Shown: positions 10,554 to 20,835, counted from the stretch's first letter. The stretch is DNA of 39,549 nucleotides from an uncultured Spirochaetota bacterium (GCA_963745235.1 CAVUXE010000012.1:1-39549), one strand, 5' to 3'. Translations and numbers: made by a program. The notes: generated from the sequence alone by a model not told the origin.

Positions 10554-10586
10554 AAAGCCGCGCGGGAGATTGTCTTCCCGCGCGGC
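10554..10586 (-). terminator. GC-rich hairpin after the solute-binding gene (attenuator or mRNA stabiliser)
   Basis: GCCGCGCGGGA...TCCCGCGCGGC 11-bp stem followed by a short U run on the minus strand. Confidence 0.55.
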
Positions 10587-10599
10587 AGAATCGGAATCT

Positions 10600-11589
10600 C
10601 TAGAAGGACCAGTTGAAACTCTTGTAGTTGTCCTTGGTGACCACATCCCCCGACACGAGTGTCATCGCGGGCATCGCCTTTTTCTTCGTCAGGTAGTCGA
10701 AGAGAATCTGCACGGCAGCCTGGCCTTCCTTGAAGGGCTGCAGCTTGGTCACGATGTAGCTGTCGTGAGCCTTCTGGAACTCCTCGTAGGAGGTCTTGTA
10801 TCCGCCCAGGCCGCAGCTGAGGACGTTCTTCAGGGGGAACCCGTTCTCCTCGAACACGCGCAGGGGAGCCAGCGCGCCATCATCGTTGATTCCCGTGACG
10901 ATCCAGTGGGTGACCTCGGGGTGGGCGGAGAGAATGCCGCTTGCCACCGGGAGGTTCTCCTCGAACATGCCCGTCTTCGAATCCTGCACGATGAAGTCGG
11001 AGTCCTTGAGTTGGGGCAGGTCCGCCTTGAGCGCCTGCTTGTACCCCACGGTCCTGTCGTGCACAACTGACAGGAAGGACATGTCTATCTGCATGACCTT
11101 CACGACGTTCCCCGGCGCGAAGAACCCGCGCTCCTTGGCCAGCTTGGCAAGGGCGTGCCCGCCCATGACGCCGGTTTCCGTGGTCGGAAGGCCGACGTGC
11201 GGGATCTGCGCGCCCGAGCTGTCCTGGATGGTGTCATCGATCGTGATGATGGGGATCTTGGCCTCACGGGCCTTTTCCACCACCGTCGGACCGAGGGTCT
11301 GGTGCGTGACAACGACCATGAGGGCGTTCGCGCCCTGCCCGATCACGTTGTCGAGGGCCTGCATGAACGCCTCGTCCTGCAGGTTGGCGTCGACCCCGAT
11401 GTAGTCGATGCCGAGCGCCTTGGCCTGCGCCTTGATGCCGTTCTCCTCTTCAATGAACCACGGGTGCGTCAGCATCTTGCAGACGTAGGCGAACTTCAGC
11501 TTCTTGGCCTGCGCTGAGACAGCCGGGACGGCGAATGCCACGACCAGCAGCACCGCAATCGCGATAATCAAACCCTTCTTCAGCTTCAT
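10600..11589 (-). CDS. Sugar ABC substrate-binding protein (Peripla_BP_4 / arabinose-binding-like)
   Basis: Signal peptide MKLKKGLIIAIAVLL...VSA; KMLTHPWF, INDDGALA; AGGAG RBS. Confidence 0.9.
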   Translation of the reverse strand: MKLKKGLIIAIAVLLVVAFAVPAVSAQAKKLKFAYVCKMLTHPWFIEEENGIKAQAKALGIDYIGVDANLQDEAFMQALDNVIGQGANALMVVVTHQTLGPTVVEKAREAKIPIITIDDTIQDSSGAQIPHVGLPTTETGVMGGHALAKLAKERGFFAPGNVVKVMQIDMSFLSVVHDRTVGYKQALKADLPQLKDSDFIVQDSKTGMFEENLPVASGILSAHPEVTHWIVTGINDDGALAPLRVFEENGFPLKNVLSCGLGGYKTSYEEFQKAHDSYIVTKLQPFKEGQAAVQILFDYLTKKKAMPAMTLVSGDVVTKDNYKSFNWSF

Positions 11590-11689
11590 CGTCTTCTCCT
11601 TTTGCCGGAAAATGATTTCGAGACCAGAACGCGGAAACCCCATCCACCTCCTTTCATCGCAGTCGTCAATGCAAACGTCTGGCCTGTCA

Positions 11690-13108
11690 TCAATCGTAGT
11701 AGAGCATCCGCAAGTAGTATTCTTTCTCCGCAAGCTCCTTCTCGATGCTCGCACCCTCGAAAAGGATCTTCTTGACCGCGTCAACGCAGAGGACCATTGC
11801 TTTCTCGAACATGGGGTTTCGGGCATCGATGGATCTGGCGTGGCGCAGCTGCTCGCGGTAGGTTGCAAAAAGGCCGTGTGAAAACTCCGGTGCGCCGTGC
11901 AGCTCCCTCCGTGGAGGGAGGATCCCGACCTGGGAGCTGTACCACGAGGACAAGTCCGGGTCTGAGGTGAGCGCCTCCACGAATCGCGCCGCGTGGAGCT
12001 TGTTGCGGCTCTGGGCGCAGATTGCCAAGGCGTGATTGTACATCCACGACTGGGAATCGGCGCTGGCCTGCACGGGGTTCAACAGCACGTGGAAGTTCGC
12101 CTCGAAGGGCAGCCCGGTGATCTCCTCCAGGAGGTACTTGATCCAGGGGCCGTCGGAAATGAACCCGATCTTGTTGGCAGCGAACCTCTTTCGGATCGTG
12201 AAGATATCGGAGGCAAAGATGCGATTTCCCGTCACCAGCTCGCGAAGCCAGCGGAAGCCGGCCGCGTTCTCAGGGGAATCGAAACGCAGCTCGCCGCTGT
12301 CATCGAGCAGCTCCCCGTTGAATGCCTGAAGAAACGTGTAGATGCTGAGATAGTCGTTCTCCACCCCCGGCGTGTACCACAGGCCGAACGCGGAGGGCGG
12401 GTCGTTTCCGCCGATGCAGTCGATCCTGTGGCAGCACTCGAGGAACTGGGACAGGCTCATGGGCGAAGGGGGAATATCGAGCCCCGCCTGTGCCAGGACG
12501 TTCTTGTTGGCAACGAGCGCGATGGGGCAAAGCCCCCATGCCACCGAGTAGATGTGGTTCTGGAACGTGCCGCCGAAGAGGTCCTGGACAGGAAGGCGCG
12601 AGGCGATGTTCTCGCCGCTCAACAGGTCATCCAACGGCTCGAAAGCGCCCGACGAGGCGAAGTAGCTTGTCCAATGGGAAACGATCTGGGCGACGTCGGG
12701 CGCCCGGCCGCTCCCGATGAGGCGCGTCAGGGTGTTTCGAGTCTCGGGGTACGTGGTGGGAATGATGTCGACGGAAATAGATGGGTGGCTCTCTTCGAAC
12801 TTGCGGACCAGCTCTGACAGGATCTCACCGCCCCGCGGCGTTTCCTGCATCCAGCTGAGGAAAGAGATCTTCACCTTGCGGTCGGATACGATCGTCCCTT
12901 TGCCCTGCTTCTTGAGCAGGATTCCTTCGGCAACGAGCAGCGAAAGGGCCTGGCGGATGGTGGAGATGCTGGTGCCGAAATCAGCCGCCAGCTTCGACTC
13001 GCTGGGGATGGATTTCCCCGAGGGATATGCGCCGTCGACAATGCGTTTGTGCAGGACGTCGCGAACCTGGAGATACAGGGGATTGTAGTTGAGCTTTCCG
13101 TCCGTCAT
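11690..13108 (-). CDS. GntR-family regulator fused to a family-1 solute-binding domain
   Basis: PLYLQV...IPSESKLA...STIRQAL...KQGKGT (GntR wHTH), then APDVAQI...YSVAW...NKNVL...DGPW (SBP fold); no signal peptide. Confidence 0.9.
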   Translation of the reverse strand: MTDGKLNYNPLYLQVRDVLHKRIVDGAYPSGKSIPSESKLAADFGTSISTIRQALSLLVAEGILLKKQGKGTIVSDRKVKISFLSWMQETPRGGEILSELVRKFEESHPSISVDIIPTTYPETRNTLTRLIGSGRAPDVAQIVSHWTSYFASSGAFEPLDDLLSGENIASRLPVQDLFGGTFQNHIYSVAWGLCPIALVANKNVLAQAGLDIPPSPMSLSQFLECCHRIDCIGGNDPPSAFGLWYTPGVENDYLSIYTFLQAFNGELLDDSGELRFDSPENAAGFRWLRELVTGNRIFASDIFTIRKRFAANKIGFISDGPWIKYLLEEITGLPFEANFHVLLNPVQASADSQSWMYNHALAICAQSRNKLHAARFVEALTSDPDLSSWYSSQVGILPPRRELHGAPEFSHGLFATYREQLRHARSIDARNPMFEKAMVLCVDAVKKILFEGASIEKELAEKEYYLRMLYYD

Positions 13109-14210
13109 TGTCGGCAGGGTGTGTTCGTCACCGCATCCACCAGGGCCTGGATGTTCTCCACGGGCGTGTCGAGCTGCACGTGGTGGGTGGGCCCGATGAT
13201 CAGGCCGCCTCCCTTGCCGATGGTGGAAAGCCTCGTCGCGACCTCTTTCCGCACGTCATCGGGTCCCCCGAAGGGCAGGGTATGCTGCTCATCGATCGAG
13301 CCCCAGAAGCACAACTGCTTCCCGTAGGTCTCCTTGAGGAAGGCAGGATCCATGCTTCGGGGCTGCACGGGATTGAGCACGTCCACTCCGATCTCGATGA
13401 GCTCGGGGATCACGGGGTAGATCAGGCCATCAGAATGGTAGGCAACCTTCAGGCGGGGATTGATCCCCTTGATGGTGGAGATGAACCGCGCCATGCGAGG
13501 CTTGAGGAACCTGCGCCACGTGTCCGGGGACATGAGCATGGCGTTCTGCGTGCCGATGTCGTCTCCGATCCAGATCATGTCCACCCCCATGCGCGTCAGC
13601 CGCTCGGCAGCGCGCAGGTGATGAAGGAACGGGATGTCAAGAATGGCGTCGGCGGTTTCCGGCGCGGAGACGAAATCCATGAGGAGGCGCTCGTAGCCGC
13701 GAAGAGCCCACGCCGTCTCGAAGATCGTCGTGACCGTCACGCCGACAATCCAGTATTCGTCCTTGAAAGTGTCGAGGACCCACTGGGCTTCCGAGTAGAG
13801 CCCGGGGGCCTCGGGGTCCGGGGCGCGGTAGCCGGAGATTGCCGCGTCATCCTCAAGAGGATGATCCACCATCTCCGTGTAGAATCCCTCGCCGAACCTC
13901 GTGGAATAGGATGAGTTCCGCCACGTGATTCCCCACGAATCTTTATAGGTCTCGCTGCCCGGGATTGAAGACATCGTTTGCGTAGTAGCTGTTTGCCCAT
14001 CCCACGGAGGTCAGGAGCATGTCCTCCCCGAGCGCCCTTTCCAGCTCGTACGTATTGCCGCCGCCATGGGGATTGTGATGGGAGTCTGAGGCAATGTTCA
14101 CGGATTTGCGAAGCCTGTGCAGCGAACTCCGGCGTGAAGCTGATCTGCATCGGGCAGCGATCAGGCTCCTCGTGGTTCAGGGACATTGAGACACGTTCCC
14201 TGTGCTTCAT
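13105..14210 (-). CDS. URO-D family protein with two one-base insertions (near 14118 and 13960)
   Basis: Three frames join as MKHRERV...FTPEFA / RLRKSVNIASDSHHNPHGGGNTYELERALGEDMLLTSVGWANSYY / SETYKDSWG...GDDIG...YHSDG...NPVQP...GPTHHVQ. Confidence 0.85.
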
Positions 14211-14261
14211 TCAATCCTCCACTGGCAAGATCTATATCTGCGGTGAGAGCGAAAGCCTCTC

Positions 14262-14277
14262 AGTCATTCGAATGACT
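14262..14277. promoter_or_regulatory. Perfect 16-bp palindrome, candidate GntR operator
   Basis: AGTCATTCGAATGACT lies just downstream of the predicted minus-strand promoter. Confidence 0.6.
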
Positions 14278-14293
14278 AGTAAGATTTTTGGCC

Positions 14294-14321
14294 AGTATAC
14301 AGGACTCAGATCAGTTGTCAA
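14294..14321 (-). promoter_or_regulatory. Sigma70 promoter of the URO-D/ABC operon
   Basis: TTGACA-16 bp-TATACT on the minus strand. Confidence 0.7.
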
Positions 14322-14399
14322 ATTTATTCTGAAAGACTTCCAAATAGCATTTTCGTACAAGAATTTCGTGAAGGCTGCGGCGAACCCTTCCCTCTCACT

Positions 14400-14427
14400 C
14401 AGCGCGCTCCACAGCAGGAGCGCGCTG
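14400..14427. repeat. Inverted repeat (11-bp stem)
   Basis: CAGCGCGCTCC-acagca-GGAGCGCGCTG. Confidence 0.6.
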
Positions 14428-14519
14428 CAACTCTCGGGTTGATGCAGACGCCATGATTGCGATACAAAAATCCCATGGGAGGCTCTTGCCCTCATGGATG
14501 AAGCTCGGAAGATGGCACT

Positions 14520-14861
14520 ATGCGACGAAAGATCCGGGTAAGCTCGAACCACGACGAGCAAAAGGAAGAGCGGTTGCGGCCCAGCAGGTTTCTCGGCTAT
14601 GACAGGGACTCGCTTGGCATGTACGCCCTGCGCCGCGAGATGTTCGAGGTAGCGGAATCCCAGTTCCGGCGGGCCGCTTACCTCAATCCTTTTGAACCCA
14701 GATTCAAGCAGCATCTTGCGTGGGTTCTGTACAAGCAGGGCAAGCTTGTCGACGCAAAGCGATACATCGTGGAGGCGATCGGTCAGAATCCGCGGGACAA
14801 CGACAGCAGGCAGGTTCTCACGAAGATTGAAGAGAAAATGGGGGGCAGATCAATTCCATGA
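14520..14861 (+). CDS. Small tetratricopeptide-repeat protein
   Basis: LG...AESQFRRAAYLNP...LAWVLYKQGKLVDAKRYIVEAIGQNP; stop overlaps the next start (ATGA). Confidence 0.8.
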   Translation: MRRKIRVSSNHDEQKEERLRPSRFLGYDRDSLGMYALRREMFEVAESQFRRAAYLNPFEPRFKQHLAWVLYKQGKLVDAKRYIVEAIGQNPRDNDSRQVLTKIEEKMGGRSIP

Positions 14862-15481
14862 CCAGGCTCATTCTCGTGCGGCACGGGCAAACGGACTGGA
14901 ATGTGAACGAAAGGTTTCGTGGTCGGTTCGACGTGCCTCTGAACGCGACAGGATTGCACCAGGCGCAGTTGACAGCTCGATGGATCGCAGCTTCGTGGAA
15001 GCCGACGGTGGTCTATTCCAGCCCTCTTTCCAGGGCTCTCTCGACAGCGGAGGAGATCGCAGCCTCACTGTCCCTGAGCGTTGAAAGACTTCCCGAGCTG
15101 ATCGACGTGGACTTCGGCCAATGGGAAGGCCTGACCCCGGATGAGGTTCGCGCGAGATGGCCGCAGGAGATCCATGCCTGGTACTCAGCCCCGCACACCG
15201 TTCGCATTCCCGGGGGTGAGGGCCTAGACCATGTCCGCGAGCGCTGCATGGCGGCGCTTGCGCGTATCGGATCGAAACACGCGGGCCAGACCGTGGTCGC
15301 GGTTGCCCACACGGATCTCAATCGTACCCTGCTCCTTGTGGTGCTCGGACTGGGAAACGATCGGCTCTGGCATCTGAGACAGGACACCTGCGCCGTCAAC
15401 GAGATCGAGATCGAAAACGGCGATTTCACGCTTGTTTCCATGAACGAAACCGGCCACCTTCGCCGGCAACAACTGCCGTAG
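14858..15481 (+). CDS. Histidine phosphatase (GpmB/CobC-like phosphoglycerate mutase family)
   Basis: LVRHGQTDWN, SSPLSRA, DFGQWEG, GGE, VAH. Confidence 0.92.
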   Translation: MTRLILVRHGQTDWNVNERFRGRFDVPLNATGLHQAQLTARWIAASWKPTVVYSSPLSRALSTAEEIAASLSLSVERLPELIDVDFGQWEGLTPDEVRARWPQEIHAWYSAPHTVRIPGGEGLDHVRERCMAALARIGSKHAGQTVVAVAHTDLNRTLLLVVLGLGNDRLWHLRQDTCAVNEIEIENGDFTLVSMNETGHLRRQQLP

Positions 15482-15523
15482 ACCTGCATTGGCTTCGTCG
15501 TTGCCAGGCCGGCGTAGCCCGTC

Positions 15524-15552
15524 TTGCTCGTTCCTCCGATTGCCTGTAAATT
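15524..15552 (+). promoter_or_regulatory. Candidate promoter of riboswitch 1 transcript
   Basis: TTGCTC-17 bp-TAAATT, 6 nt before the aptamer. Confidence 0.5.
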
Positions 15553-15558
15553 GGGTCT

Positions 15559-15608
15559 GGAGATGGCATTCCTCCGTTGAACCGCCCTGCTGGCTGATGA
15601 TGCCTGAG
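15559..15608 (+). ncRNA. Fluoride riboswitch (crcB motif) #1
   Basis: GGAGATGGCATTCCTCC...AACCGCC...GGCTGATGATGCCTG: P1 GGAG/CTCC, pseudoknot GGCAT/ATGCC, conserved GATGG, AACCGC and GCTGATGA. Confidence 0.9.
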
Positions 15609-15676
15609 CATAAGCGAGCCTGCCGCGCGTTCTGCGCCGTCTTTTGCGGCCAGGTGGTGGGGAGGGCCGGAGAGCA

Positions 15677-16126
15677 ATGCCATTCAACGAAAATCACAGA
15701 CGCTACCTTCTCGCGACTTTTCAGCACATCGACAAGCTCATTGCGCGGGCTGTCGCCGCCATTGGACCGGCGAACGGTAGCCCGCTCTTTCCATCTTGCG
15801 CTCCAGACGTGACCCCTGCCCAACGGCAGATCATTGCTGACAGTCTGTCCAATTTCTGGAACGTCGCCCGCCGCTTCCTCGATGCCGTGCCCGTCCGCCC
15901 GGACGCGCCGTCGAAGGGGGCACTATGGTCGTTCCACGTGGCTCTCGACTTCGTCTGGGTCTCCCTTGCCGAACTGGAGCCGAAGCATCTCGCCAATTAC
16001 GGGCCCTTGGACGAAGATGCAGCCTCCGAGACAGAACGCGCACTGGCGGAGTTACAGGCGATTCTCCGTCAACTCACGGAATACCTGGACCGAGAAATGG
16101 GCGGCGGAGTCCAGTCCCATGCATGA
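15677..16126 (+). CDS. Hypothetical helical protein (149 aa), resembling the N-terminal module of some bacterial dynamin-like proteins
   Basis: GGAGAG RBS; MPFNENHRRYLLATFQHIDKL...SPLF...DVTPAQ...ELEPKHLANYGPL; the dynamin resemblance is from recall only. Confidence 0.7.
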   Translation: MPFNENHRRYLLATFQHIDKLIARAVAAIGPANGSPLFPSCAPDVTPAQRQIIADSLSNFWNVARRFLDAVPVRPDAPSKGALWSFHVALDFVWVSLAELEPKHLANYGPLDEDAASETERALAELQAILRQLTEYLDREMGGGVQSHA

Positions 16127-16356
16127 AAAGAGTGAGGCACAGATCCGGGAAGGCAGGCAGACGGCGCTCAGGTTCGTCGTCCTGATCGGCATCCTGAGCT
16201 TCTTCGCGGACTTCGTTCTGGTTCCTGGGCAGCGCAGCGCTTGGGTTTCTCTACGGGGTATCGTTGTTCTCACTGATTGCCGTGTCAGTCGCCTTGCAAC
16301 TTGGTGGGGTGCCCTGGTTCTGGCGTGTTGCGGTCTTGCGCGGTCGCGGCTCATGA
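16119..16356 (+). pseudogene. MFS transporter with most of the gene deleted
   Basis: First helix ALRFVVLIGILSFFADF joins out of frame at about 16215 to last helices FWFLGSAALGFLYGVSLFSLIAVSVALQLGGVPWFW...stop 16356. Confidence 0.75.
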
Positions 16357-16374
16357 CGGGGAGGTGTCTGCTTC

Positions 16375-17910
16375 ATGATTCGTTGTAGCGTGCTTACCAA
16401 AGAAGTTGATGGCAACGTCACGCAGGAGGCCCCAGAGGCTCCTGATTTCTTCGGTGACCTGAACCTGGATCAGATCGTGGATGGCATTACAGCGGGCAAA
16501 CAGGAATACAATCTAAAGCCATTCTTCAACGCTCCCCTGCGGGACGTGGATGCAATCATGTATCGCCAGGAAGTCATGAGAGACCTTGAAGACCGGCGCC
16601 TAGCCGACAAGGTCGATGCCTTCGCGAAAAACATGCGCGTGATGCGACAACACCTCACGCAGGCGGAGAAGCTGTACCACAAGCACCAGAAGGAGAGGTG
16701 GTTCCTGGACGCCGTAGAAATCTATTGCGAGGCGGTTCAAGGCCTGGCGCGCGAGCTGGCGGACCCGGCAGTGAAATCGCGCGGGATCATGGCTTTCCGC
16801 GAGTATGCGGCAGGGTATGTGACCTCCGAAGGCTTTTCCTCCCTCCTTGGGCAGACAAGAAAACTGCAGGCCGATCTGTCCTCAGTGCGATATTGCACCC
16901 TCGTGAGCGGACCCCGTGTCAGGGTGAGAAAGTATGAATCTGAAATCGACTACAGCGAGGACGTGCTGCAGACATTCGAGAAGTTCAAGCAAGGTGCAGT
17001 GAAGGACTATCTGGTCGCGTTCCGAAGTGGAAACGACATGAACCATGTCGAATCTCAAGTGCTCGACTGCGTTGCCCGGTTGTATCCTGAGATATTCCAG
17101 GACCTGGACGAATATTGCATTCGCAACGCCGGCTACCTTGATGAGACAATTGCCGCTTTTGACCGGGAAGTGCAGTTCTACCTTTCCTACCTGGACTTTA
17201 TTGCCGTTCTCAGGCATGCCGGACTGCCATTCTGCTATCCGGCTGTTTCCGACACAAGCAAGGAAATCTTCAGTGTCGAAGGCTTCGACCTGGCCCTTGC
17301 CCGCAAGCTGGCGGTAGAAAGCGCGTCCGTCGTCTGCAACGATTTCTTCCTGAAAGGAAAAGAGCGCATCATCATCGTGTCCGGTCCGAACCAGGGCGGC
17401 AAGACCACCTTCTCTCGCGCGTTTGGGCAGATGCACCACCTGGCCGCGCTCGGATGTGCGGTGCAGGGCCGGAAGGCGCAGCTTTTCCTCGTGGACAGGA
17501 TGTTCACCCACTTTGAGAAAGAGGAAGACATAAGAAACCTCCGGGGAAAGCTGGAGGACGACCTGGTGCGCATCCACCGGATCCTGGGCGAGGCAACGTC
17601 CGACAGCATCATCATCATGAATGAGATCTTCAACTCCACGACGTTGAAGGACGCAATCTTCCTCGGAAAGAAAGTCATGGAAAGGGCAATCAGCCGGGAT
17701 TTGATCTGCGTCTGCGTGACATTCATCGATGAGCTTTCTTCCATGAGTGAAAAGACCGTCAGCATGGTCAGCACAGTCGATGCCGCCAACACCGCTGTCC
17801 GGACCTTCAGGATCATGCGCAAGCCGGCGGACGGGCTTGCGTATGCGATATCGATCGCTGAGAAGTACCGGCTCACATATGATTCTCTTCGGGAACGCAT
17901 ACCCTCATGA
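16375..17910 (+). CDS. MutS-related ATPase A (domain V, no mismatch-binding domain; MutS4-type pair)
   Basis: FFGDLNLDQI, YRQEV, VVCNDF, Walker A SGPNQGGKTT, FTHFEKEE, IIIMNEIFNSTT; GGAGG RBS. Confidence 0.9.
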   Translation: MIRCSVLTKEVDGNVTQEAPEAPDFFGDLNLDQIVDGITAGKQEYNLKPFFNAPLRDVDAIMYRQEVMRDLEDRRLADKVDAFAKNMRVMRQHLTQAEKLYHKHQKERWFLDAVEIYCEAVQGLARELADPAVKSRGIMAFREYAAGYVTSEGFSSLLGQTRKLQADLSSVRYCTLVSGPRVRVRKYESEIDYSEDVLQTFEKFKQGAVKDYLVAFRSGNDMNHVESQVLDCVARLYPEIFQDLDEYCIRNAGYLDETIAAFDREVQFYLSYLDFIAVLRHAGLPFCYPAVSDTSKEIFSVEGFDLALARKLAVESASVVCNDFFLKGKERIIIVSGPNQGGKTTFSRAFGQMHHLAALGCAVQGRKAQLFLVDRMFTHFEKEEDIRNLRGKLEDDLVRIHRILGEATSDSIIIMNEIFNSTTLKDAIFLGKKVMERAISRDLICVCVTFIDELSSMSEKTVSMVSTVDAANTAVRTFRIMRKPADGLAYAISIAEKYRLTYDSLRERIPS

Positions 17911-19403
17911 AGGCATTTCTTCTGTCCAGGGACCAGGACTTTGATCTCCAGCGGAAACTGCCCTCGAATGAGCTGGCGCTGACGCAGGACCTGGAGCTGC
18001 AAACCCTGTTTGCCGCCATGGGGCTCGAAGACCAGATCCTCCTGGATGTGGCGCGGAAGGTTGTGCTTTCGACGTTGAACGATGTGGATGCGATCCGTTA
18101 TCGCCAGGACATCCTGAAGGATTGCCTGAAGAACGCCGCCACTGTTCGGGAGATATACAACCTGGCAGTCGAATCAATCGAAAAGGAAAAGAAGCACTAC
18201 CTGGGGATTTTCAGCAACTATCCGTCCACGATACTGCACAGGTCGGTTGACGTGCTTCAGATGTTCGTGGGCCAGCTGAAAAGCCTGCGGGGCGTCGCAG
18301 ATGAGCACGCCCACGGGTTCCAGTCAGAGGGCTTCACCAGACTTTTCGCGATGCTGCAGGCGGAGCTCAACGAGGAGTATTTTGCCCTCATCCAACACCA
18401 CCTCAGGGAACTTGCCCTGCGGGGAGGAGTTCTGATAAGCGCGGAGTTGGGAAAAGGGAACAAGGCAAGCAATTTCGTGCTTCGAAAGCAGAACGACCGT
18501 CATGGCCTGGTGCAGCGGATTTTCTCGAAGAGATCTCCCTCCTGCTCATTTTCCATCAGCGAACGGGATGAGAACGGAGCAAAGGCCCTGGCAGAACTGC
18601 GGGACCGCGGGATCAACCTGGTTGCCAACGCGCTTGCGCAGTCAACGGATCATATTCTCAGCTTCTTTCAGATGCTGCGGACCGAACTTGCCTTCTACGT
18701 GGGATGCTTGAATCTCTCAGAGCGGCTTGCGGTCAAGGGGGAGCCGACGTGCTTTCCCGAGGCGTCCAAGCCCGAAGACCATCGGCTGACTTTCCGGGGG
18801 CTTTACGATGTATGTCTGACCCTGAGCATGGAACCGCGGGCTGTTGGCAATGACGCGAACGCTGACGGAAAAGACCTCATGATCATCACAGGGGCGAATC
18901 AGGGCGGGAAGTCTACCCTGTTACGGGCCATGGGTCTTGCCCAGCTCATGATGCAAAGCGGCATGTTCGTGCCTGCGGAGTCTTTCCGATCCAATGTCTG
19001 TAATGCGCTCTTCACGCATTACAAGAGGGAAGAAGACACGACCATGCAGAGCGGAAAGCTCGACGAAGAGTTGAAACGGATGAGTGAGATCGTGGACACC
19101 CTGATTCCCAACTCCATCCTGCTCTTCAATGAATCTTTTGCCGCAACGAACGAGCGGGAAGGATCGGAGATCGCTCGACAGATCGTTGGCGCGCTGTCGG
19201 AAAAGGGGGTCAGGGTCTTCTACGTAACCCACCTGCACGATTTCGCGCACAGCTTTTTTATCAGGAAGATGGAAAAGGCAATCTTTCTGCGTGCGGAGAG
19301 GAGAGACGACGGGGCTCGGTCGTTCAAGATCCTTGAAGGCGAGCCCCTGGAAACAAGCTTCGGCGAGGACCTGTACACGAAGATCTTCGGAAACGGAAGC
19401 TGA
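17907..19403 (+). CDS. MutS-related ATPase B (domain V; MutS4-type pair)
   Basis: ATGA overlap with gene A; YRQDIL, AVGND, TGANQGGKST, FTHYKREE, LLFNESFAATN, VTH. Confidence 0.9.
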   Translation: MKAFLLSRDQDFDLQRKLPSNELALTQDLELQTLFAAMGLEDQILLDVARKVVLSTLNDVDAIRYRQDILKDCLKNAATVREIYNLAVESIEKEKKHYLGIFSNYPSTILHRSVDVLQMFVGQLKSLRGVADEHAHGFQSEGFTRLFAMLQAELNEEYFALIQHHLRELALRGGVLISAELGKGNKASNFVLRKQNDRHGLVQRIFSKRSPSCSFSISERDENGAKALAELRDRGINLVANALAQSTDHILSFFQMLRTELAFYVGCLNLSERLAVKGEPTCFPEASKPEDHRLTFRGLYDVCLTLSMEPRAVGNDANADGKDLMIITGANQGGKSTLLRAMGLAQLMMQSGMFVPAESFRSNVCNALFTHYKREEDTTMQSGKLDEELKRMSEIVDTLIPNSILLFNESFAATNEREGSEIARQIVGALSEKGVRVFYVTHLHDFAHSFFIRKMEKAIFLRAERRDDGARSFKILEGEPLETSFGEDLYTKIFGNGS

Positions 19404-19422
19404 ACGGAATTGGACCCTGTCT

Positions 19423-20835
<1,413 letters not shown>

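Noticed and set aside
14330-14520. A fourth fluoride riboswitch before the TPR gene (GAAGATGGCAC)
   Set aside because: No P1 partner, AACCGC or pseudoknot strand follows
16375-19403. Calling the pair mismatch-repair mutS or MutS2
   Set aside because: Too short, with no domain I FYE motif and no Smr domain
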